Positions 40,697 to 52,000 of a DNA stretch of 64,000 nt are shown piece by piece. Source of the stretch: Minisyncoccota bacterium (lineage in GTDB: Bacteria > Patescibacteriota > Minisyncoccia > Phycocordibacterales > Zambryskibacteraceae); NCBI GenBank assembly GCA_020059045.1, contig JAGVCW010000021.1, forward strand, positions 27,821 to 91,820, given 5' to 3'. The notes below the pieces were generated by a model that saw nothing but the letters and a program-made list of their open reading frames with translations, did no database searches and was not told the DNA's origin. Position 1 is the stretch's first letter. Every line of letters begins with the position of its first letter. Made by a program: the position numbers and the translations under genes.

Positions 40697-41155
40697 TTAT
40701 AACCGTATCTGATACATTAGCATATTGTCTTCATCTGTATATACATATGAAAAACCAGCTTTTTCTAGAAGTTTTTTAGATATTTCGTTTTCCTTTTCAA
40801 TTCCGGCTTCCACAACTTTTACTTGTTTTACTTCGGGAAGTTTTAGGCCTTCTGTTAAGAGCTCATAACCGAAACCCTTACCTCTCAATTCTGGTGCGAT
40901 AAAGAACGCGACGTATCCTATTTCAGGAGTGTCTATTTCAAAGTCTAGAAAACCAATTGGGTTCTCATCGTTTGAGACTATGAATAAATATCTCTTTTTA
41001 AAATCTATAAGATGTTTATAATCGTCCGTAGATCTATAGGTGGGTAAAAATCTCATCCCAATAGAATCATTTTCAAACCACTTCTTGATGAGTTCTCGGT
41101 CTTTTTCCTTAAATTTTCTGAAATTGATCATGTCTCTATCATAGAGCAAAAGCAC
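40697..41155 (-). CDS. GNAT family N-acetyltransferase
   Basis: ...VAFFIAPELRGKGFGYELL... acetyl-CoA binding motif. Confidence 0.75.
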   Translation of the reverse strand: MLLLYDRDMINFRKFKEKDRELIKKWFENDSIGMRFLPTYRSTDDYKHLIDFKKRYLFIVSNDENPIGFLDFEIDTPEIGYVAFFIAPELRGKGFGYELLTEGLKLPEVKQVKVVEAGIEKENEISKKLLEKAGFSYVYTDEDNMLMYQIRL

Positions 41156-41242
41156 CCTGAGGGTGTTTTTGCTATTTCGCTCCCAGGTGGTTTACCACGA
41201 GCGAGCCTTCGACCTGGCTCAGGCCAGGGCGAAGCGAGTCGA

Positions 41243-41678
41243 GTGGAGATGGGCGGAATCGAACCGCCGTGCAATAGAAGAGATGAAAGATTTCTACAAG
41301 AGGTAGTTTGTTTCAATCTGCCTGTTGGCAGATATTTAGACTCTGTAAGTATGGAACAAACAAAATCTTACAAAGTCGAGCTTCTACATTTCGGAAACAA
41401 GCAAAGCAATTTGTTTCCAGAGTCTCAAGTTATTACGCGAGCAACTTGTTATGAGACATCACAAGTGCTAACGTCGCTTAGGCCGACCCAGACACCGAAG
41501 TGTCGGGTTAAGAGGCGTAAACGAAAGCGAAATCCTTAGCTCCAAAATATGGAGAAACTAGAGACCCAGCTTTTGCGACAATGCTGTTTGCAATTATCGG
41601 TTGTGGCGGATTTAAGAGTCACCACAGCTCTCCCTTGCATCTATCAAATGAATTCTACTGTCTAGGCCGATCATCCCC
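41243..41678 (-). ncRNA. ssrA: Transfer-messenger RNA (tmRNA)
   Basis: - strand 5' end GGGGATGATCGGCCTAGACAG matches the tmRNA 5' consensus. 3' end GGCGGTTCGATTCCGCC-CATCTCC-A forms the T-arm and acceptor. Acceptor stem pairs with a G3-U70 wobble, the Ala identity element. Internal candidate tag ORF starts GCA AAC (A-N...). smpB lies 350 bp away. Confidence 0.8.
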
Positions 41679-41746
41679 TAAATCATCTTGACTACAAGAT
41701 GATCGGGCGAACAATTTGCGGAGCAAAATTGTTTTAGCCCCACAAA

Positions 41747-42019
41747 CTAATTGTTACGCCCTATTTTGTCTAAATATTTCTTTAGTATTTTCTTTTTTTC
41801 TCTTGCTGACCACAATGTCTTAAGAAAACGCTCCCTTTGGAATGCATCTGACTTGTCTAAGTATTTTTCTTGGTGAATAACAACAAGAGGTCTGCGCGAT
41901 CTAGTAGAAAGTACTTTTCCACTATTGTGCGCTTGAATTCTTTTTTGTATATTCTTCGTGCATCCAACATAGAGCCCACTGTCTTTGGTACTAAGCAATA
42001 TGTATACAAAATAGTGCAT
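41747..42019 (-). CDS. GIY-YIG nuclease domain protein (UPF0213-like)
   Basis: YFVYILLS...GLYVGCT...RIQAHN GIY-YIG motif. Confidence 0.8.
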   Translation of the reverse strand: MHYFVYILLSTKDSGLYVGCTKNIQKRIQAHNSGKVLSTRSRRPLVVIHQEKYLDKSDAFQRERFLKTLWSAREKKKILKKYLDKIGRNN

Positions 42020-42023
42020 AAGC

Positions 42024-42467
42024 CTATTTATATTTCAAAGTTCTTCTCATCTCTCTCTCGGTCTCTCTTTTCTTTATACTCTGACGTTTGTCCCGTGTTT
42101 TCTTACCACGGGCTATGCCGATTGCTACCTTGATTTTTCTTCCTTTATTATACACCGAAAGTGGTACTACTGTCAAACCTCTTTGCCTCTCAGAATCCAT
42201 AATAGTTTTAATCTCAGCTTTGGTTAGCAGGAGCTTGCGGTTTCTTCTCGAATCATAACCTTTTGGGGTGTTCGCAGCCTGATAGGGAGGAATATCTGAG
42301 CCCACGAGGAATGCTTCATTACCTCGTGCGATTACGTGCGATCCGTCGAGTGACCCACGTTTCATGCGCAAAGCTTTAACTTCAAATCCAAGCAGCTCTA
42401 TACCCGCCTCGATTTTCTCGAGTATTTCGTAGTTAAACCCTACCTTTTTGTTCTCAACTAGTGACAT
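42024..42467 (-). CDS. smpB: SsrA-binding protein SmpB
   Basis: NKKVGFNYEILEKIEAGIELLGFEVKALR... Confidence 0.9.
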   Translation of the reverse strand: MSLVENKKVGFNYEILEKIEAGIELLGFEVKALRMKRGSLDGSHVIARGNEAFLVGSDIPPYQAANTPKGYDSRRNRKLLLTKAEIKTIMDSERQRGLTVVPLSVYNKGRKIKVAIGIARGKKTRDKRQSIKKRETEREMRRTLKYK

Positions 42468-42546
42468 ATGTGAATAATATCAGATTTATTCTACTCTATT
42501 GGTCTAACACTCTAAGCTCCACACTTTGCGCTCTGTGTCATTTTAA

Positions 42547-42873
42547 TTGACACTTCATCATAAATACAATATTGTTTGGGTAGAACTCACAACAGGAGAC
42601 GAGTATAAGATGTTACGTCGTCAGTGTCATGCCGCACCAAAGAGAAGTATGGTGCCGCTCTGTCGGAAGGAAACAGTTGAGCAGACACAGATCCAAATTG
42701 GTGAGTTATGGGCAGAACCTCATGAAAAAGATTTGGTTGATTGTCCCGAGTGTGTAGCACTTATCGATAAGTATCTTCTGGGGCAAAAGGAGATACGTAT
42801 GAGAAAAGAAGTTAATACAAAGAATGATCGCAGGTCCAAGTACTTGCTCAACGATCTTTCAAACGTAGCGTGA
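42547..42873 (+). CDS. Hypothetical protein
   Basis: 108-aa ORF upstream of ftsH. Confidence 0.35.
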   Translation: MTLHHKYNIVWVELTTGDEYKMLRRQCHAAPKRSMVPLCRKETVEQTQIQIGELWAEPHEKDLVDCPECVALIDKYLLGQKEIRMRKEVNTKNDRRSKYLLNDLSNVA

Positions 42874-42939
42874 TCCCGGGGAATCGGGGTCATTTTTTAT
42901 TTATAATTTTCATAGCAAAATAAGTATATTTGTGTATAA

Positions 42940-44892
42940 TTGCTCTCTAATATTAGCCATATGGCAACACAGAATCCTAAAAACAAAAAGCAGTTCAAGG
43001 TGGTAATGAAGAAGGACTGGAAGAGCCCGGGAAGCAGTTCTATGTGGAAGAACTTTCTGTCAGTCGTTCTCATTTTTTTAATTATTTCTACAATTTATTC
43101 AGCGTTAACTGAAGGCAGTCAAGAGGCACTTCAGATTCCCATTTCAGAATTAGCTCGCGATGTGAACCAAGAGCTTGTTCTAAAAGTAGTGGTTGAAGGT
43201 GATGAGGTGAAAGCAGAATACAAGTCAGGAGAGATAAAGGATACTAAGAAGGAAGAGGGTATCGCACTCACTGAGACACTCGTAAGATATGGTGTAACGC
43301 CAGAGAAGCTTCTGGGTCTCAATATTGAAATAGTAAAGGAGAGTGGTTTCATGTTTTGGCTTTTGAATCTTTTGCCGATAATTCTGCCAATTCTCTTCAT
43401 TGTTTTTTTCATTTGGTATTTATCTCGCCAGGTCAAGGGTGCTGGGATGCAAGCATTTACATTCGGCCAATCCAAGGCTCGTCTCATACCGCCAAACGAC
43501 AAGAAACAGAAAGTAACTTTCAAGGATGTTGCCGGGGTCAAGGAAGCAAAGCAAGAGCTCACCGAGATCGTAGATTTTCTTCGAAATCCTAAAAAGTTTT
43601 TAGACATTGGAGCACAGATTCCAAAAGGAGTACTGCTCATGGGTGCCCCAGGAACAGGTAAAACTTTGCTTGCTCGAGCTGTAGCGGGAGAAGCAAACGT
43701 GGCTTTCTTTTCTATATCTGGTTCTGAGTTCGTAGAAATGTTTGTAGGAGTTGGAGCTTCGCGTGTACGTGACCTTTTTCAGCTTGCCAAGCGTGCAGCA
43801 CCCGCGATTATTTTCGTTGATGAGATAGATGCTGTAGGACGAGTGCGAGGAGTGGGTGCGGGTGGTGGTAATGATGAAAGGGAACAGACTTTGAACCAGA
43901 TTCTAGTTGAGATGGACGGTTTCGAGCCAAATGAGAAAGTTATTGTGATGGCAGCGACCAATAGACCGGACGTTCTAGACCCTGCACTCCTGCGTCCTGG
44001 CCGATTCGACAGGCGCGTTGTTATAGATCTGCCAGACCGAGCAGAAAGAGAAGAGATTCTCCATATTCACTCACGGCAAAAACCTTTTGGTGAAGACGTA
44101 AAATTGAATGTAATAGCTGAGAGAACACCAGGATTTTCTGGTGCAGACCTCTATTCACTTATGAATGAGGGTGCGATACTTGCTGCACGTGAAGATAGAA
44201 CGAAGATTTCTCAGTTTGATCTGATTCGCTCTATTGAGAAGGTGATCCTTGGCCCGGAGCGAAAGAGCCATATCTTGTCTCTCAAAGAGAAAGAGATCAC
44301 CGCGTATCACGAAGCCGGTCATGCACTTGTCTCATCAGTTCTTGATTATGCCGACCCAGTGCACAAAATTTCAATAATTTCTCGTGGCAGAGCTGCTGGC
44401 TACACTCTCAACTTGCCAATAGAAGATCGCAAGCTTCAGTCTAAGAAAGAGTTTCTAGATGATATAGCTATGGCTCTCGGTGGCTATGTTGCTGAGCGTA
44501 CTGTCTTTGGTGATCTTACTACTGGTCCATCCAATGATCTCCAGGTTTCCACGGGCCTTGCACGTGATATGGTGACCAAGTATGGAATGTCTGAAAAGAT
44601 TGGCCCCATAGCTCTAGAGGAGCCAACAGGCAGGGTGCTCTTTGGTAAAGGTCTTGAAGATAGGGAATACTCCGAGAAGGTAGGTGCAGAGATTGACGGA
44701 GAAGTCTCAAAAATTATGAAGGAAGCCCTAGAGCGCGCAGAGAAGGTGATTGGTGAGTACAGAAAAGCACTCGATGCTATTGCCAAGCGACTGATAGAAG
44801 TAGAAACTATAGAGAGGGACGAGTTCGAGCTTATTTTAATCGCTCATGGCATTACTCCCAAGAAGAAAAAAGATATAGAACATCAAGTTTAA
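42940..44892 (+). CDS. ftsH: ATP-dependent zinc metalloprotease FtsH
   Basis: Two N-terminal TM segments, AAA+ Walker [19 protein letters not shown] zinc motif. Alternative start ATG 42961. Confidence 0.95.
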   Translation: MLSNISHMATQNPKNKKQFKVVMKKDWKSPGSSSMWKNFLSVVLIFLIISTIYSALTEGSQEALQIPISELARDVNQELVLKVVVEGDEVKAEYKSGEIKDTKKEEGIALTETLVRYGVTPEKLLGLNIEIVKESGFMFWLLNLLPIILPILFIVFFIWYLSRQVKGAGMQAFTFGQSKARLIPPNDKKQKVTFKDVAGVKEAKQELTEIVDFLRNPKKFLDIGAQIPKGVLLMGAPGTGKTLLARAVAGEANVAFFSISGSEFVEMFVGVGASRVRDLFQLAKRAAPAIIFVDEIDAVGRVRGVGAGGGNDEREQTLNQILVEMDGFEPNEKVIVMAATNRPDVLDPALLRPGRFDRRVVIDLPDRAEREEILHIHSRQKPFGEDVKLNVIAERTPGFSGADLYSLMNEGAILAAREDRTKISQFDLIRSIEKVILGPERKSHILSLKEKEITAYHEAGHALVSSVLDYADPVHKISIISRGRAAGYTLNLPIEDRKLQSKKEFLDDIAMALGGYVAERTVFGDLTTGPSNDLQVSTGLARDMVTKYGMSEKIGPIALEEPTGRVLFGKGLEDREYSEKVGAEIDGEVSKIMKEALERAEKVIGEYRKALDAIAKRLIEVETIERDEFELILIAHGITPKKKKDIEHQV

Positions 44893-44898
44893 ATTTTT

Positions 44899-45756
44899 AT
44901 GAGATCATTTGAAGCGGAAAGCTTACATAATGCAGATATAGATAGGTTTTACCAGAAAGCTACAGAAAGGTTAGCAGCGGGAGGTTTTAAAGAAGAAGAA
45001 TTTATCGATCCGTATGGGGAGCAAACAGTGGGGGCAGACTTAATTGAAGTTAAGAAAAGAGAAGCGGTACATAATCGCACAAGAGACGAACAGACAGAAG
45101 AGCAGAAAAAAGTCGCAGATATATTTGAAGCAATTGTACTTGAGGTTGGAGAACTCAACGAATGGTGGGGCAGCAATGCCTTCATTTTGCAAACCTCTAA
45201 GTATGATGATTATGTTAATGGAGTTGATGCGGTAATTGAATTTAGAGTTGAAGATCCTAAATCTGCCTCGTACTTAGGTCTTGCAACTGACGTCACGTTT
45301 TCTGGAGATACAGGAGACAAATTTTTAAGAATTTTCAGCCAGATTGACAGTGGAAATCTTACAAAAGTTAAATATTTCCACTCTAAGCATATGGGCATAC
45401 ACGGGCCGCTAAGTGACTTGCCCAAGGTGATAATTGGTGCGCATAGAGAAACTGTTCTTGAGGTTGCAGAAAAATGGATTGCAGGGAAATACAATGCTCT
45501 AGCAAGACACAAACTCCAAATAATGATTCTTCTGCAAACAGTTGAGCAGCTAAGAGTATTTCGAAATTATGCAAAAAAAATAGGCAAAGAAGATCTTGTA
45601 CGGATTTATTCAGAACGAATTACTGTAGTGGAGAGAATTCTGGAAGAAAAGAAAGATATTTATAATCAAGTAAAAAGTGATTTAAATGATGATAATGTTC
45701 ATTACTCAATTATGGATTTCCTGAAAAGGAAACAAAGGGAGATAGACCAAATGTAA
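44899..45756 (+). CDS. Hypothetical protein
   Basis: 285 aa, 7 nt after ftsH stop. Confidence 0.5.
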   Translation: MRSFEAESLHNADIDRFYQKATERLAAGGFKEEEFIDPYGEQTVGADLIEVKKREAVHNRTRDEQTEEQKKVADIFEAIVLEVGELNEWWGSNAFILQTSKYDDYVNGVDAVIEFRVEDPKSASYLGLATDVTFSGDTGDKFLRIFSQIDSGNLTKVKYFHSKHMGIHGPLSDLPKVIIGAHRETVLEVAEKWIAGKYNALARHKLQIMILLQTVEQLRVFRNYAKKIGKEDLVRIYSERITVVERILEEKKDIYNQVKSDLNDDNVHYSIMDFLKRKQREIDQM

Positions 45757-46174
45757 TAATTTTGGCAGCTTGGGCTAGGTGCTTGTCATTCGCATCAATG
45801 TTGCTATTCTGTACTTAGAATCGAGCCCTCGAGGTGCAAATGGACGTAACTCTCTTGCTCGAGTATTGGAAGCTTATGGAAAGAGAGAAAGAGCTTGCCG
45901 ATATGGGGCAAGCAGAGTCAAAAATAAATGTTCGTAAAGAGCAAATACAAAAAGCTCTTGTGTCTACTCATGAAGAGATTGTAGAGAAAATTGAAGAACT
46001 GCATGTATCCTAGCTACGTACTCGCACAACCCAAGGTGTGAGTTTTTGTTTCAATTTTTATACATCTTAACCCACCCCGCATAATTTATTACCCTATTCG
46101 TACGAATAAGACCAGTAGATTTTGTTTTATATATAGAAGGAATTAGCAAGGAATCATTGCTTTAATTTTCCGTT

Positions 46175-46693
46175 TTAGTGTTCACTACTTTCAAGTAATG
46201 AAGACTCTCTATCTTGAATTCTTATAAACGGAGTGAATATGACACCTGCTAGGAGTATACCGAGAGAGTTGCTTATAAGATCAAGCCAAGTGTCGTTTAT
46301 TGTTGTCGCCATTACGAGATTAGTATAGTTTTGAAGGAAAAATTCGAAAATCTCGTTTCCTACTCCGAGTGCAGTTACGACAAGTGCAGTAAATACTAAA
46401 AATTGGAATCTACTTACTTTTGCTCCTGAATCTTTTACAGCAAGAAAGCAAATGAGAAATGCGGCGAATCCTCCTGCAAAGCCATGCTGAATCCTGTTGG
46501 CTATTTCGCGATCCGGAGTTAGATACACGATTGCGAAAGCTACAACACAGAACAAAACTATAATTCCAAGTGATCGAGAAGTGTTGCCATCTCTCATGTT
46601 CATTTCGTTATCGTTTGCAAAAAACTTAGAGAAGAGATATCTAAGAGGGAAGTAGGCAATACAGTATGTAATTGTAGTTAAAATTGAAAACAT
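46175..46693 (-). CDS. Integral membrane protein
   Basis: ATG 46693 lies 1 nt after the ABC gene stop (translationally coupled). 5 TM helices. Confidence 0.55.
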   Translation of the reverse strand: MFSILTTITYCIAYFPLRYLFSKFFANDNEMNMRDGNTSRSLGIIVLFCVVAFAIVYLTPDREIANRIQHGFAGGFAAFLICFLAVKDSGAKVSRFQFLVFTALVVTALGVGNEIFEFFLQNYTNLVMATTINDTWLDLISNSLGILLAGVIFTPFIRIQDRESSLLESSEH

Positions 46694-46694
46694 A

Positions 46695-48476
46695 TTATTC
46701 TTCTCGTACCGCACTCTGCTGTCTCCACAAGGCCGAGTAGAGACCGTTTTTTGAAAGCAGCTCCACGTGACTACCAGCTTCGGACAAGCTGCCCTTTTCG
46801 AGAACATATATTGTATCAGCGTGTGCGATTGTTGACAGCCTATGAGCAACCATCACTATTACAAGATCAGGTTTGGTCTTTGCAATGTCTTGTATTGTTT
46901 TTGTAATCTCTTTTTCTGTAATCGAGTCTAGACTAGATGTCGCCTCGTCAAATATTATTAAGTCAGGATTTCGTAGTAGCGCTCGTGCAATGGCAAGTCT
47001 TTGGCGTTCCCCACCAGAGACCTTTATGCCACCTTCACCAATCTTTGTATCAAGTCCCTCTGTACTCCGCTCAATAATAGAAAGCACTGCCGCACCACGT
47101 AGAGCCTCCAAGCACTCTTCATCACGAGCTTTCGGATTTACGAAGAGCAAGTTTTCGCGAATGGTGCCTGCGAAGAGCTGAGTTTCTTGTGATACGTATC
47201 CTATGCGACGACGGAGAAGGTCGTAATCAATATTTTCTCCAGAAATATTATTAACTAACACTGTGCCTTCTGTGGGTTTATACAAGCCTACAAGTAGTTT
47301 AATCGTTGTAGATTTTCCAGATCCTGATGGTCCGACGAAAGCAGCTACTTCTCCCTTCTTAATTTTGAAAGTTAAATCTTTAACCGCAGGGCTATTGCCT
47401 GTTGCATGAGTGAACCCAACCCGCTCGAACCGAATACTATCGAGTGCCCCAAGCGTTGTTGGATTTTCTGGTTTTACCTCTGGCTTTTGTTTCAGTATGT
47501 CATCGAGCTTCTCCATACTTGCACGAGCTTCCTGGAAAATGTTTGCAACGGTTCCAAGCTCGCCAAGCGGTCCAAATACGAAGAAAAGATATATGTATAG
47601 ACTGAAGAATTCTCCAAACGTAATGAGCTTCTCATAAATGAGGTACATCATTATAAGAAGTAAGACTGACCGGATAGCGTTTATGAGTGTGCCCTGTACG
47701 AAGCTAAGAAGACGAATGACTTTGATCTTTCGTAGCTCAAGAGATAATATTTTTTTATTTACTATATTGAGTCGATCTGTTTCTTGGTTTTCAAGCCCTA
47801 GAGATTTTACAAGTTCTACATTGCGCAATGTTTCTGTTGTCGATCCTGAGAGAGCGGCCGTTTCTGTCACGATCTCTTTCTGCATTGCCTTTATGCGTCG
47901 CGTAAGGAAAAAGGTTACAGTTCCAACAGTAGGAATGATAAGAATATACATGAGCCCCACAAGCCAGTGAACATAGAAACCGTATCCTACTACGAAGATA
48001 ATAGAAACAAGTGGTAGAAAAATAATTCCGACAGCGGCACCTATGAGCTGTTCAGAATCCTTACGAGCCTTCTGAAGCTTTTGTAATAGCTCACCAGATC
48101 TTTCATCTTCGAATGCGGCATAGGGGAGAGAGAATGAATGCGCAACACTTTTTTCATACATTGTTGCACCCACTCGCTGAGTTACCGTGCTTAAGTAGTA
48201 GTCTTGAAAGTTTTTCGCGACTCTTGAGACAAAAGCTACACCGACGGATGCAAGAAGCAGGAGTATTATTCCCTGGAAGAATTCTTCCCGGGGTATCTCA
48301 AAGGCTCGAGACGCATAGTTGTCTACAATAAGTCTGAAAATCTGAGGGTCAAGAAGTGAGAAGACTTGGTTAATGGTTGCAAGAACAAGCGCGAAAGTAA
48401 GCATCACTTTCTGCTCCTTTAGGTATACAAGAAGTTGTCGCATGGCACCCATAATACAGCAATACCAAGTACCCAC
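46695..48476 (-). CDS. ABC transporter, fused permease/ATP-binding exporter (MsbA/ABCB-type)
   Basis: 6-TM domain plus Walker A GPSGSGKST, LSGGERQRLAIARAL signature, Walker B DEATSSLD. Confidence 0.92.
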   Translation of the reverse strand: MGTWYCCIMGAMRQLLVYLKEQKVMLTFALVLATINQVFSLLDPQIFRLIVDNYASRAFEIPREEFFQGIILLLLASVGVAFVSRVAKNFQDYYLSTVTQRVGATMYEKSVAHSFSLPYAAFEDERSGELLQKLQKARKDSEQLIGAAVGIIFLPLVSIIFVVGYGFYVHWLVGLMYILIIPTVGTVTFFLTRRIKAMQKEIVTETAALSGSTTETLRNVELVKSLGLENQETDRLNIVNKKILSLELRKIKVIRLLSFVQGTLINAIRSVLLLIMMYLIYEKLITFGEFFSLYIYLFFVFGPLGELGTVANIFQEARASMEKLDDILKQKPEVKPENPTTLGALDSIRFERVGFTHATGNSPAVKDLTFKIKKGEVAAFVGPSGSGKSTTIKLLVGLYKPTEGTVLVNNISGENIDYDLLRRRIGYVSQETQLFAGTIRENLLFVNPKARDEECLEALRGAAVLSIIERSTEGLDTKIGEGGIKVSGGERQRLAIARALLRNPDLIIFDEATSSLDSITEKEITKTIQDIAKTKPDLVIVMVAHRLSTIAHADTIYVLEKGSLSEAGSHVELLSKNGLYSALWRQQSAVREE

Positions 48477-48490
48477 AAAATATTTATGAT

Positions 48491-48530
48491 AACAAAACTA
48501 CTCCGTCACGCCGTGACGGAGTAGTTTTGT
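48491..48530. terminator. Perfect 20-bp inverted repeat terminator
   Basis: AACAAAACTACTCCGTCACG|CCGTGACGGAGTAGTTTTGTT. Confidence 0.7.
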
Positions 48531-48538
48531 TATAGAGC

Positions 48539-48739
48539 CTACATTGATGGCCGAGAATCGCAATCTCTGCAATTCTTTTTGTGTGTGAAGATTTCGTAAA
48601 TAGCGGCAAGACCTACAAGGACGTATATGATTTTTACAATCATAGCCGGGATTCCCCAAGATCCTAGTCCATAGCTAAATGCTTCGAGAAGCCAGTTTAA
48701 GCCCCCAATAATAAGTAAAACGAAAGCAACTTTATGCAT
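48539..48739 (-). CDS. DUF378 family small membrane protein
   Basis: LLIIGGLNWLLEAF...IIYVLVGLAAIYEIF. Confidence 0.7.
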   Translation of the reverse strand: MHKVAFVLLIIGGLNWLLEAFSYGLGSWGIPAMIVKIIYVLVGLAAIYEIFTHKKNCRDCDSRPSM

Positions 48740-48801
48740 AATTTCTTTCTAATTAATAATTTGAAACTACGTTTAGTATATCAAGTTATGCAAGAATATT
48801 T

Positions 48802-48875
48802 GTCCACCCTCCACGATTTGAACGTGGGACCCTCGAGGTATAAGCTCGATGCTCTAACCAACTGAGCTAAGGGTG
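48802..48875 (-). tRNA. tRNA-Ile, anticodon TAT (UAU)
   Basis: - strand cloverleaf: acceptor CCACCCT/AGGGTGG, D-arm GCTC/GAGC, anticodon arm TCGAG-CTTATAC-CTCGA, T-arm CCACG-TTCAAAT-CGTGG. 74 nt, no encoded CCA. Confidence 0.75.
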
Positions 48876-49053
48876 GTATAGCGCTCAAATACTATATCAA
48901 ATATGGAAATCCTTCAATTATTACAGTCGTGCGGTTAAGTGTCCCAGCTATCCACAACGTGAGTATTCACATTGTTATAACCTAAGGGTATACTTCTAAT
49001 CAAGTTGCGGTCCTGTCTTGAAACCTTATTTATTCTTAACTTCTCTTAATAAT

Positions 49054-52000
49054 ATGTTCTCTAAAAAATTGCCATTAGTAATTGGTTTTGTTTTTGCTTT
49101 TCTTTTTATTGGACTATCTGTAGATGCACAAACTACTTCTCTAAGTTTGACGAGAAACCTAAGTTTTGGTTCTAGCGGCACAGACGTCAGCTCTCTCCAA
49201 CAATTTTTAATATCACAAGGACATTTGTCTTCTGGGAACGCCACAGGTTACTTTGGCCCCTTGACTCAAGCTGCCGTGCAAAGCTTTCAGCGAGCGCAAG
49301 GGATCGTTACTACAGGAACTGTTCAGACAACTGGGTACGGTTTAGTGGGCATACGAACACGTGCAGCCTTGGCTACATTTACGGGAGCTCAAGGCACCTT
49401 TACGCAGAATGCTACTATTGGTACTACTTTTAATACCGCAGTTTCTACGACTCTACCCCCGACCGTGGATCTAAAAGTTAATGGTTCGGATGGGCCTGTC
49501 TTGTTGCCTCCGTCTATTTCGATACAAGCCCACCAACAAGCAAACTTATCCTGGTCCTCGACTAACGCTACCAGTTGTACTGCATCGGGGGGTTGGAGTG
49601 GTACCCAAAAAACTTCAGGCAGTCAGTCATTTAAACCAACAGTAAATACTCTATATATAATTACATGTACAGGATCGGGTGGAAGTGCTAGCGATGAAGT
49701 AACTGTAAATAAAATTGGGGCCCCAAGCTCAAGCATGTTTAATCTCGGGGAAGACGTTGAAACTATTTATAGTAGCGGAAATATTTTTAATTATCCCGCT
49801 CCTGACCCCAGGGGAGGTCAAAGTATGTTTGGCGGTGTAAAAGGTAGAGTTGTTGGGGGTCCAGCGGCAGGCACATGTTGTGGCCATATTTTTTGGCATG
49901 TGGATTATGTAAACGGAATGAAGGGGTGGACCGAAAAAGATAATCTTAAAAAAGCTATCATTAATTCTACCTATACTCTTTCAAATATGGGAGATGTGAT
50001 TGTAACGAAAACCAACTTCACCCAGGCTAAGATAGTTACTTTTACAATGACTGCGATTTCTGGTAAACCCGTAGTATCAGCCGTAATAAGCTCTTCCCTG
50101 CCATCTGGCGTAACAGTCAGTCCTGATCATTATAACTCTGGTAGTCATAACGCTTGTGGCGCAGACCCAAGTGCCGCAGACCCAACTTGTTCGCATAAAC
50201 CTGTTTTTTCCATAGCTAGTAACGCGGCTACCGGAGTCTTCCCAGTTACTCTGACTACTTATGGTCCCAGCGCTCCTACAGAAACCAGCACATTTAATCT
50301 GCATATTCTTCCCGCTGGAACGGCTGTTCCCACCGTATCTCTAAAAGCTAACAACACACCTGGCACACTTTCTATCACTAACGGTACCCAGATCTCTCTC
50401 ACTTGGGACTCAACCAATGTTACGAGTTGTGACCTTAGTGGAGACGGCTGGAGTGGCACAAAATATGCGGCCAAAATGCCAAGTCCAGGATTCTCTGCTA
50501 TACCGCTATCCAATAAAACCACCACATACATTATTATTTGTTCTGATGTTGCCGGCCAAAAGAGCGCGCCGAGCACGGTGGTGGTCACGACCACGGCCGG
50601 TTCTCAAACTAACAAATTTAACCAAAATGATAAGGTTGAAACCAATGCTGATGCTGTAAACGTTCGATCTACGCCGAATGGTAATCCTCCTATAGATTCT
50701 AAAAGCAAAGGAGCTAAGGGCGTGATTATGTGGGATGCTACGACAAGCGCAGGGGGTCATAATTGGTGGGAGATCAACTACGATACAGGAAAAGACGGCT
50801 GGACTGCGGAGCAGTATCTTAATCTTATATTGTCTACAGCTACTCCGCCTCCGCCACCAGGTACCCCAACAGTCGAACTTAAAGCTAATAACACTCTTGG
50901 CTCACTTTCTGTCACTAACGGTACCCAGATTTCTCTCACTTGGGTCTCCACGGATGCTACCGGTTGCGCCCTTAGTGCCAACAGCTGGAGCAGTACGAAC
51001 TTTTCGGCCCAGATGGGAAGTCCAGGATTCACTACTACTCCGTTGTCTAATACCACTACCACTTATACTATCACTTGCTATGATGCAAATGGCGTGAAAA
51101 GTGCACCAAGTACTGTAGTGGTGACAACAACTGGCTCAAGTAATACATTTAAAGACGGAGATACGGTGGAGGTGACAAACACGACCACTTCAGTCAATGT
51201 CCGCTCTTCTGCAAACGGAACAGTAATTGGCACTCAGCCACTTGGGGCTCTAGGATTAATTAAAGGTACAAGTATTAACTCTGGAGGATACGACTGGTGG
51301 AATGTGGATTACGTTCACGCCCCTGACGGCTGGACCGCAGAGCAGTTTCTTCAAAAGAATGCCGGAGGAATCCCAAGTTCCAGCAGAGTGAGTCTTCAAG
51401 CCACTCCAAATTCAGTGGCAGTCAATACCCCTGTTCTCCTTATCTGGGCACTTAGCAACTGGCCCACCAGCAGTCCCACTACTACATGTAATGCGACCGG
51501 TGGCACGGCGGGATGGCCCGGTACAAAATACGGTTTTATGACCGGCGGACAAGCTGTAGTTACTCCTACAACTGCTGGTACTCACACTTTCAACATTGAC
51601 TGTAGCGGTTATAAAGACTCGGTGACTGTGACGGTGACTACTGCGGGTTCAACCAACAAACCTCCAGTCGCGAATGCTGGCCAAGACAAAACAATCACTC
51701 TACCCACGAGCTCCGTTTCTGTGGTGAGCCCTCCAGTCGACGCAACCGATCCTGATGGTTCAAGCGACATAAATACCCATACCTGGTCTTTCGTCTCTGG
51801 TCCTGCTGGTGTTACTCCAGGCATCGCCGCTCCCGGCAACAAGAACAGTACTTTTTCTGGTCTTACTGTTGCAGGTACCTACACTTTCCGCTTCACCGTG
51901 GAAGATAAAGGGGGACTCAGGGCAACCGATGACATGAATGTAGTTGTTTTAACAAGTGGCACGCAGTCATCGGGTCCAGTTGTCGATCTAAAAGCAAATG

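Noticed and set aside
41243-41539. 98-aa + strand ORF
   Set aside because: It lies entirely inside the tmRNA gene on the opposite strand, has no RBS, and is an R/K-rich translation of structured RNA.
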